A DNA stretch of 63,884 bases, filler included, from Chrysochromulina tobinii (lineage: Eukaryota), in assembly GCA_001275005.1 (NCBI GenBank). It is 7 parts of 7 records of this genome, joined end to end, with 100 filler letters (N's around TTAATTAATTAA, not from the genome) between each part and the next. Parts side by side here need not be neighbours in the genome. Positions count along the whole stretch, not along the records: positions 53,150 to 62,721 come from JWZX01000658.1; positions 62,822 to 63,884 come from JWZX01000752.1; 5 more parts are not named here. One strand, given 5' to 3'. Shown here piece after piece: positions 56,101 to 63,884 of this stretch. A program made the translations under genes and the position numbers. The notes under the pieces were generated by a model that did no database searches, was not told the DNA's origin, and was given only the letters and a program-made list of their open reading frames with translations. Every line of letters starts with the position of its first letter. Position 1 is the first letter of the stretch.

Positions 56101-57368
56101 ATGTTGTTGTAGCGGACGTCAACGCGTGTCAGCGCGCCATTAACGCGCATGGCGTCGGCGATTGCAGTGAAGCCCTCTGCAGTGTAGGTGCCATGTAGGT
56201 AGGTGCCATGTGAGTTGCGGTGGGCAGGAATGAGATAAGAAACGAGCATGGCCCCAGGCCCACAAAGCCTCTCTTTGCGCAAGTCGAGCTCCGTCATGGT
56301 GTCCTCCCGTATGTGCTGCACCGGAATGCCGCATGCCACACCTGAGCCCGCACAGGCGACGGCTGCGATCGTCAGCTTCAACGGTGCCTCTCCGTCGCCT
56401 GATATGCAGCTGTCCAGAGCAGCCTTAGCAGTACCACGAAGCAAGGATCCTTCCTGGCCCTCGTCGTTGTTCTCGTCGTTGTCCTCGTCGTCTTTTTCAT
56501 CTAATGTCGCGGCGCGTACTTTCGCCACGTCCACCACAAAGCCGTAGCCACGAAGGCGCGCCAGCCCTGGCAGCATTCGCCCCGCAAGGGCCGTGTCCCC
56601 GGGACGGCCGGCCTCGATGAGCAGCTCAACGTCCAGGTCGGTGATCTCTTCCAGATGTGTGGGTGCCGGCTGCCCGCGGCCGCGGCACAGGCGCGAGCAG
56701 AGGACACGCCGTGACAGCGCACGCCAAAAACGATTCACGCCCTTGAGCTCGCACAGCGTGGCCACGTCCACAATGGCCAGAGCAGCCTCCCTGGCATCCT
56801 CCGTGGCTGGCACCCCCGAGAGCGAGGGCTGCCGCAGAGGTGCGGGCGGTGCCGAGGAGCTGGCCGCGCCGAGCTGCTGCGGCGCCTCGTAGCCTTCTGG
56901 CAGAAACGCCGGCTCAGCGAGAGCCTCCGCGCGCTCCTCCGCGCCATCAAAGTCACCACTCGCGCCTAGCACCACGCAGAGGTCCTGAGCGCGCTGGCCG
57001 TTGAGCCGTCGTGCGATCGCACGCTGGATGTGCTCGAGCGCCCTATCGGCGTCGAGAAAGAGGGCACCCTCGACGAGCTCCATCAGCTGCGGCATCGAGC
57101 ACTCGTCGACACTTGGCCGTGTGGTGCCAGGATCACTCAGCTTCCCCAGCAAGTCGAGCGTCCAGGCCGCAATTTTTGGCACTGGGTACACGCCATCCTC
57201 GGGAGGGGCGTCGTCCATGAGATCCTTCAAGGTGCCCGCATTTCGCGCGGCCTCGCGCGGCCACGTGACCTCTTCTCCCCCTCGCGCTCGCACGCGGATT
57301 CGCTCGTCGGCCGTGCCCGTTGTAAGAGCGTCAGTTGCGCTGGTGCCGAGTGCGTCGCGTGCGGCCAT
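53150..57368 (-). CDS. Fusion protein: Skp1-like, F-box-like, RI/NLRC3-type LRRs, Gly-rich linker and SpoVS domain; 3' end in the gap
   Basis: AARNAGTLKDLM...YPVPKI...LMELVEGALFLD...IARRLNG...GDF (Skp1-like). VDVATLCELKGVNRFWRAL (F-box-like). LTxLDLSxNxI...AIAxAL repeats. LKVKADSTPNKVAGAI...GPAAINQAMKAIAIAR (SpoVS). Confidence 0.8.
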
Positions 57369-58076
57369 CGCGTCAGCACGTTGCGGGACAAGGCGCTTGA
57401 AGGTGATGGGCAAGGCTCGGAAGATGAGGCAGGGCCCGTGCGCGCGCTCGGGAGATGAAGTGTGAACGTTAACACGACAGACGCGACAACCGGTGCTACG
57501 GCACTGTTACTGCCCGCTCAGAATACGCACACCTTACTAGTACATGAAGTGTGGGAAAAAAGGAACGTGAAAGTGAGAACACGCTTGACGTGAATACATG
57601 TAGAATGTAGTCTGGCACGACCTTTTCACACGTTCGCTGTCGACGTGTGGCCAGATGAACATCAGCATCCAGCAAGATAGTGATATACTTTCGTTTTTTA
57701 GCACACGACAATCATGCGTGATTGCGACAAATGTATCGTTTATTCCAGTCTTTCAACGTGACCGCACACCGAGTTGCTTCCGTGCTCTCTGCCTTCCGTT
57801 CTCCCGCCGACACATACTCATACACGCTCCGTCGTCGTGAGAGTACATGAACCGCGGCGTACACCGCTCCAGAAATCCAGCAACAGTACGCCGTGCTGCC
57901 CCCACACTTTTGCGCCGCCTGGGGTTTGGCCATCGGGCGCGGACACCCCCGTGCCAGGCATCTCGCAGTGTCGGGCACCGCCGTGTCGGCGATCTCGCCA
58001 ATGATCACCCAGGCATGGGCATAGCACCATGAGGTTCATGTTCACACCATGAGGTTCATGTTCACCATGAGCGGAG

Positions 58077-61000
58077 CTACGCGGCGGCCGCCGTCATCGT
58101 CGTGTTCGAACACCACGGACACCACCATTGTACGTTTGTTTTTTGTTTGCTGAGCTGCTCAGCCGCCACCTGGGGCTCAGCCGTGTCGGGCACCACCGGG
58201 TCGGCAGCGTTCGCGTCAATGGCGTCGATGATGGCGGGAAGTAGCTGCTCAGGTGCGGGCGCCTCGGACGCCGGCGCCGTCGCCGAATCGGTCTCCTCGA
58301 CCTTCCGGGGCGCCGTATCGGGCGGCTCCTGAGCCTCCGGCTTCGCGGCCTCGTCGGGCGCGGGCGCCGTAGCGGGCGCCATATCGGGCGCGTCGGGCCC
58401 CGGCACCTCCGCAGGCGCCGTAGCGGGCGCGTCGGGCGCCGGCACCGCCGCCGCCCCGGGCTCCCCGGGCTCCGCGGGCGCCGTCTTGGGCGGCTCCCAG
58501 CCATCGGGGCACCCGTCGACGCAGCCCAAGAAGCCGCCCTCGGGATCCTCGGGCGCCGGCACCGCCGTCGCCCCGGGGGCTGGGAACGTGGGACCCTCGC
58601 AGCCTGAGTAGGTGGCCTCGATGAAATGAGCCTCGCGATCGAGCTGCATGTAGTCGGGGGGGAAGACGGACGTCTCGGGGAGCGGTTGCTGCTTGCGGCC
58701 GTAGACTTGAACGAGGAGGCGGCTGTACTGCCCTTGCGGTTCGACGATGGCCTCGGCGAACTTCAGGACGTCGGCGAGCGTGACGGTGTCCATCGCTGCC
58801 GCAAGCTTGGCGTTGTAGTCAAACGAGCTGGTGCAGTTCTCGCTGATCTTGCTGAACAGGGTCACGCCCAGGCCCTTGCCCTCATCCTCAATGGAAAGCG
58901 GCGTTTGCAGCAGCGACGCTTTCGTCGAGGCGACGTAGGAGCCGAAGTCATCGGCGGTGAGCTGCTTGACGAGCTCGGGCATCGAGTCGACGAAGGTGAG
59001 GATGCACTTGGAGACGTTGGCCGGCGGCTGGGCCGTGCCCTGCACGAGGAAGACGAGCTCGCGGATCCCAAAATGGGTGCCCAGCGCCGCCTGCACCACG
59101 TAGCCCAGCTGCTGCTGCGTGCGCAGGTCGGCAAAGAACTTGCCAGGGAGGAACTTGCCCAAGATAAGGGCGGCTGCGTCCTGCCGGATGCCGAGCTTGT
59201 CCCGGCGCCCGAGCTGAATGGTGAGCTCCACCGCGGATTGGGTCTGATCGGGGCTCGGGTGCTCGATGGCGTAAGCCAGTCGGCTGCCGCTCGGCAGCAG
59301 CACACGCGCCTGGCCGAGCGGTGCCTGGACGGGCATCGAGGAGGCAGACCCCCCGGCCAGCTCAGTGGTCGACGTCACATCGCCGAAGAGACGCTCGTTC
59401 AGGTCCGCGTGAAGCCCCGAGGCGACCGAGGCCTCAACGTTGCCCACGGCGAGGAAGTCGAAGGCCTTGACACCAACTAGCTTCTCGTTCTCACCCTCCG
59501 AGGCGTTCAGCGAGGCGCTCGGCTTGGCCTCCTTCCTGTCGTCTATCGGGGCCGCCGGCTCCGGGTTGAGGAGTGCGTTGAATTCGAGCGCGCCCTTTTT
59601 GGCCGAGTCGCCCCGCTTCTTGCGGAACGCCACTGGGCCGCCCTTCGTCTCCTCCCACTCGTTCGCCGGCTCGGCGGCCTCCAAGCCGATGTCATCGATG
59701 TCCGTGAGGAGCTTCCCGATGTCGTCAATGTCGGTGAGAGGCGCGGTGAAGTCAGGGGGAGTCTCTGTGGGGGTCTCCTCCTCATCCTGTTTCAGAGCAT
59801 CCTTGCCCTCGATCAACTTGTAGTCAGGCTCGAGCACGGGCGACACCTCACGCAACATGTTGAGGTGCGTCCGGTTGCCGAAGAGGCCCTCGAGTGTGAG
59901 CTTGTCGAGCAGCGCCTCGTTCTCCGGGGGCAGCTCGACAGCAAGGAAGCTCATCAGCGAGCTCGTGAGGGTGGCCGCCGTGCGACTCGGATTGGCGGTG
60001 GCCCAGGTCTCCTGCTCGTCTCGCGTCGACTCCATCGCCACCGCGAAATGGTCGGGGCAGGCTGTGAGGTTGGACAGCTGGTCGAGCGTGGCGAGCATCA
60101 CCTGTGGCAGCCGCTCCGAGAAGCCCGCCAGCGTGAGTTCGAGTCCGGAGGAGGTGGGCGCGAGGTCCATCTGGACGCCCGCATCGAGCAGCTGCTGCTT
60201 CAGTGCGCGCATTTGCTCGTTCGCCATGCCGACCAGCACGCTCGTCGCGACGCGCCCGAGTCCGGAGTGCGCCGCGTGCGGCAGGTAGAGCTTGAGCCCG
60301 AAGTAGGCCATCGGCATGCCGAAACTCACATCGAGCGCATGCCACGTGCGCGAGCGCGCATCGGAAGCGAGCAGCACAGGCACCGTGATGGGCCCAGCTG
60401 CGGCGTCGTACGGCGTCGGTCCGCCTGGCTGCATCGTCTCCGGCAGTGGCTCCGGGGAGGCCTCCGGCGGGGCCTGCTCGGCGACGGTGATCATCTTCAA
60501 CCCCTCCTCAGATGGATAGTAGGGGTTGACGCCCGGTTTCGTCAGCTTCGCCTCGAGCTCGGCCGACGGCGCCGCGTAGCGAGCACGCTCCTCCTCAGTG
60601 AGTAGGCGCGATTGGTACTTGGTCCCGTACCACTTCTCGACCTCCCATGCGTCCGTGTCGTCGTCGTCGTCGTGCTTGGCGGTGCCGTACAGGATCGTGA
60701 CGCGCTCGAGGCTCATCAGGCCGAGAAGGCGCACGAGCTCATCCGCATCCGGCTCCCGCGCCACATAGGCCGCCCGTGGGAGCTCGAGCGGCTCATAGTT
60801 CTGCTTGAGCAGCCCCGAAAGCTCGACCATCTCCTGCGACACATCGGGGGGCTTCGCGTACATGAAGGCGAGCTCCTGCGCGCGCACATCCTGCTCCCAC
60901 CACTGCGGATCGGTCGCAGTGTCTTTCGCCTTCTCGACGGCGGCGAAGACCGTCTGAATCACCTCTTGTACGTGCTCGACACCAGAGGGGGTGAGCGTGG

Positions 61001-62387
61001 CGCTGATCGAGAAGACGGTCTCGTCCTCTTCCTCCTCGTCCGCGCCCGCCCAGAGCTCCTCGATCCAGCCCTGTTCCGCGAGCGCCAGCGTGAGTGAGCC
61101 CTCCGTCTCTTTGCTGAACAGCGACGAGAGAGAGTTGAGCGGGTGCGAGCGCGTCCGGTTGAGCTCGCCTGGCAGGAACCAGACCAGTTCGAGAGAGTCG
61201 GGGCCGAGGGGCTCGTAGCGCACCAGACGCGGGAGCTGCTCACTCGGCACCGCCAGCTCCCATGAGGAGGCGCGACCGGCGATGACGCCCGGCCGGCGCT
61301 CGAGAGGCCCGAAATACGCGAGCGCCCAAGACTCGAGGTCATCCAGGCTCTGGTTGCCCGTGAGGGCGAGGGACATGATGTGCGACGAGTAGTGGCTCTT
61401 GTACCACGCGGTGAGCGCCTCACGCAGCTGCTCGCCCCCCGTGAGCGTCTCCTTGTTCCCGGTCGAGAACGAGTGATGCTTGGAGAGGTTGGAAGAGAGG
61501 GAGTGCAGCAGTTGATCCGTTCGCCACTCGTCGTCCTGCAGGTTCTTTGAGTTCTCCGAGTCGACCGCGTTGCGCTCGCGGTCGACCTGGTCCGACGAGG
61601 CGCCCGTCGCGAACGTGGGCGCGACGAAGAAGGCCGCGAGCCGCTCGAGCGCCGGCTCAAGATAGCCGGTGCTCACCTCGAAGAAGAAGTTTGTGTGCGT
61701 CTTGTCCGTGAAGGCGTTCGAGCCGCCGCCCGCCGAGGCGAGGAAGGTCTCGTACTCGTCCTCCTCTGGAAACTTGGCATTCGAGAGGAAGAGCATGTGC
61801 TCGCAAAAGTGCGCGATCCCCGGGTACTCAATCGGGTCCGAGTAGCTGCCCGTGGACACGTCGACAGAGGCCGCCGCCATAGTGGCGCTCGGGTCGGAGC
61901 CGAGAAGCACCTTCATGCCGTTGTCGAGCTCGACGTACCGATACGAGCGCTTGTCCGTGTGGGCGAGCGAAAAGCTACCCTGGTAGCGCCTCGTCACGGT
62001 GGGGTTGTAGGGCACGTAGGGCGAGGAGGGTTCCGTCGCCACGAGGTTCGGCTCCGGCGACGCGGCGTGGTCAGTCGCAGCCGGCTCCGGGCTCGGCGAG
62101 GCGGATGCGACGAACTCTTTCGCAACGGGCTCCGGCGACACCATGGGCGTGGTGGAGCGAGTCACCTCCGGCTCTGGCGGCACGGTGGCAGCGACTGGCG
62201 TGGCTGAGTGACGGGCGCCCCACGCCTCCTCGGTCGTTCCCGGGACGAAGTCTGGCTCCGGGACGAGCTGCTCGGCCGAGACGCTGCTCAACTGACTCCG
62301 GACGGCGCTTAGCACGCTCTTCCGCTGTAAATCAACGGGCAGAGCAATTGTTGTCGCTATGGCCGCGGTTATCAGGAGTCGTCGCAT
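58077..62387 (-). CDS. Insulinase family (M16A) zinc metallopeptidase with a signal peptide
   Basis: GIAHFCEHMLF (HxxEH), SNAFT, ERNAVDSE, FADLRTQQQLGYVV; hydrophobic N-terminus MRRLLITAAIATTIA. Confidence 0.92.
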   Translation of the reverse strand: MRRLLITAAIATTIALPVDLQRKSVLSAVRSQLSSVSAEQLVPEPDFVPGTTEEAWGARHSATPVAATVPPEPEVTRSTTPMVSPEPVAKEFVASASPSPEPAATDHAASPEPNLVATEPSSPYVPYNPTVTRRYQGSFSLAHTDKRSYRYVELDNGMKVLLGSDPSATMAAASVDVSTGSYSDPIEYPGIAHFCEHMLFLSNAKFPEEDEYETFLASAGGGSNAFTDKTHTNFFFEVSTGYLEPALERLAAFFVAPTFATGASSDQVDRERNAVDSENSKNLQDDEWRTDQLLHSLSSNLSKHHSFSTGNKETLTGGEQLREALTAWYKSHYSSHIMSLALTGNQSLDDLESWALAYFGPLERRPGVIAGRASSWELAVPSEQLPRLVRYEPLGPDSLELVWFLPGELNRTRSHPLNSLSSLFSKETEGSLTLALAEQGWIEELWAGADEEEEDETVFSISATLTPSGVEHVQEVIQTVFAAVEKAKDTATDPQWWEQDVRAQELAFMYAKPPDVSQEMVELSGLLKQNYEPLELPRAAYVAREPDADELVRLLGLMSLERVTILYGTAKHDDDDDTDAWEVEKWYGTKYQSRLLTEEERARYAAPSAELEAKLTKPGVNPYYPSEEGLKMITVAEQAPPEASPEPLPETMQPGGPTPYDAAAGPITVPVLLASDARSRTWHALDVSFGMPMAYFGLKLYLPHAAHSGLGRVATSVLVGMANEQMRALKQQLLDAGVQMDLAPTSSGLELTLAGFSERLPQVMLATLDQLSNLTACPDHFAVAMESTRDEQETWATANPSRTAATLTSSLMSFLAVELPPENEALLDKLTLEGLFGNRTHLNMLREVSPVLEPDYKLIEGKDALKQDEEETPTETPPDFTAPLTDIDDIGKLLTDIDDIGLEAAEPANEWEETKGGPVAFRKKRGDSAKKGALEFNALLNPEPAAPIDDRKEAKPSASLNASEGENEKLVGVKAFDFLAVGNVEASVASGLHADLNERLFGDVTSTTELAGGSASSMPVQAPLGQARVLLPSGSRLAYAIEHPSPDQTQSAVELTIQLGRRDKLGIRQDAAALILGKFLPGKFFADLRTQQQLGYVVQAALGTHFGIRELVFLVQGTAQPPANVSKCILTFVDSMPELVKQLTADDFGSYVASTKASLLQTPLSIEDEGKGLGVTLFSKISENCTSSFDYNAKLAAAMDTVTLADVLKFAEAIVEPQGQYSRLLVQVYGRKQQPLPETSVFPPDYMQLDREAHFIEATYSGCEGPTFPAPGATAVPAPEDPEGGFLGCVDGCPDGWEPPKTAPAEPGEPGAAAVPAPDAPATAPAEVPGPDAPDMAPATAPAPDEAAKPEAQEPPDTAPRKVEETDSATAPASEAPAPEQLLPAIIDAIDANAADPVVPDTAEPQVAAEQLSKQKTNVQWWCPWCSNTTMTAAAA

Positions 62388-62510
62388 TCGGACGACGCGA
62401 AAAGCCCTGCTGTTCCGAATTTGGAAATAAAAAATTGTGACCTTTTCAGGAATGCCACTTCACAAATGCATGCAAGCTCTAAGTCCTCTTTTCCCATGGT
62501 TTTCCCACAC

Positions 62511-62721
62511 TCAGAACTCGAAGTCGCACGGCTCGCACATGTGGCCGCAATAGAGCATGTCGTCCTCGAGCGTGCACTCGCCGGGCTTGGCTGAGGGTAG
62601 CTGCTCTTGCATGTACGTGTCATAGGTGAAGAGGAGCACCGCGCGGCGTCCTTTGGTATCCGTCTCGTAGCAGCGCCAGTAAAAGTAGTAGGTGGGAGTG
62701 GCGGGAGGCGCAGGGGGGGAG
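62511..62721 (-). CDS. Probable C-terminal fragment of the Pro-rich protein across the gap
   Basis: Open frame SPPAPPATPTYYFYWRC...CGHMCEPCDFEF* starting at the linker edge. Confidence 0.55.
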
Positions 62722-62821
62722 NNNNNNNNNNNNNNNNNNNNNNNNNNNNNNNNNNNNNNNNNNNNTTAATTAATTAANNNNNNNNNNNNNNNNNNNNNNN
62801 NNNNNNNNNNNNNNNNNNNNN
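62722..62821. other. Artificial contig linker/gap
   Basis: 44 N + TTAATTAATTAA + 44 N. Confidence 0.99.
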
Positions 62822-63848
62822 GTGGCGAGGGAGGCGGACTCGGCGGCGGCACGGGCGGACTCGGCGGCGACGGCGGCGGCAACGGTGGCGGGGGCGACGG
62901 CGGCGGCTTCGGCGGGGGCGATGGTGGCGGAGGCGATGGCGGAGGCTTCGGCGGAGGGGAGGGAGGTGGTGGAGACGGCGGCGGCGGCACTGGCGGCGGC
63001 GGCGATGGTGGCGGAGCGATCCACTCGCGCAGATGCAGAATGCCTGCGACCGTCTCGACCCACGTGCCAGGAAAGACTCCGCCCGGCTTCGCCTGGTGGT
63101 AGTTGAGGTCGTTCGATGCGTGACTGGGCACAAAGTAGCGCAGCGTCGAGTCGGATGCGCACTGGTCGGCGCCGCGCATCGGTGCGGCAATCACGAGCCG
63201 TGTCAGCCGAGACACAGCAAAGTTCTCGTTGTCGCAGGTCGAGTTGATCTGCAGCTGGACGCACATAACACTCGGGGTCGACGACGTGCACTCGTCCATG
63301 CCCACATCAAAGAGCAAGCTGAACGCCGTCCACCCAGATGGCAGCTGCACGCGGTACCAGCTGCCGCCCGACAACACCTCGCTCAGCACGGGCGCGACCG
63401 AGTGCAGGCACGCCGGTGCCTCGTTGCAGTCGTAGTAGCACCTGTTTGCGGCCAGATTGGACGGGCATGACACGTGCCAGTTGGCCACGATCGTGGCCGC
63501 CAGGTTGCGACGCCGGCGCGCGCAGTCACTCGGCCCCTCAAGAGCGCCCGAGGGAGTCAGCACAGCGCCTGCCTGTGACAAGAGCATGAACGTGTTGACT
63601 CCCAGGCCCGTCAGGTTCTGCAAGCGGACCTGACGACCGTAGTCGAGCACGTTCACCTCACCATCCGGCACGAAATCGCCGCCCGGCGAGAGCGCTTCGG
63701 GCGACGCCATGTCCCAGCAGTGGAAGTAGGCAAGGTCTGTGTCCGCAAGCACCGCGGGGCCGCACTGCGACTCGACGCCGAGGGCGAGGGCGAGCATGAG
63801 GCTCGATTGCTGAATAAAGTTGGCCTGGAGATTGGGCCGTCCAGTCAC
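62822..63848 (-). CDS. Secreted Cys-rich protein with a PPSPPP stalk, partial
   Basis: Signal-like MLALALGVESQC, a Cys-rich domain, and a Pro repeat running into the gap. Confidence 0.65.
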
Positions 63849-63884
63849 GATGCGGAAGCCCTCGCACGTGACAGCGGGCGTCGC

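Noticed and set aside
4711..62387. Lysozyme, SbmA-like transporter and secreted insulinase as a bacterivory gene cluster
   Set aside because: They lie on different contigs separated by linkers and unrelated genes.
10297..62821. TTAATTAATTAA palindromes within N runs
   Set aside because: Identical 100-nt artificial linkers with stops in all frames; adjacency across them is not reliable.

Overview
GC-rich eukaryotic genomic DNA, made of seven contig pieces joined by six artificial 100-nt linkers (44N-TTAATTAATTAA-44N). A haptophyte such as Chrysochromulina is my inference, from the NLRC3-like LRR gene, PPSPPP-rich ORFs and spliceosomal introns. About 28 protein-coding genes or fragments are supportable. 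They include NSUN2/Trm4, CDT2/DTL, enkurin, P5CS (11 exons reconstructed in frame), an acyl-CoA dehydrogenase, an ICME-like esterase, a TBL acetyltransferase, an insulinase, a hybrid histidine kinase, an SbmA/BacA-like transporter, a peptidoglycan-binding GH25 lysozyme, a Cys-less pentameric ion channel, a multi-DNRLRE protein and a Skp1/F-box/LRR/SpoVS fusion. There is also a TA-flanked MITE. The strongest unexplained structure is the introns: about 20 lie in 43-53 kb. Most are built from (i) a duplicated piece of the adjacent exon that supplies one splice site, (ii) strand-specific ~10-nt TGA-containing filler repeats and (iii) one of two 3' cassettes shared between unrelated genes. This suggests a recent or ongoing intron-generating process. 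All gene models and domain calls were made by eye, with no database search.
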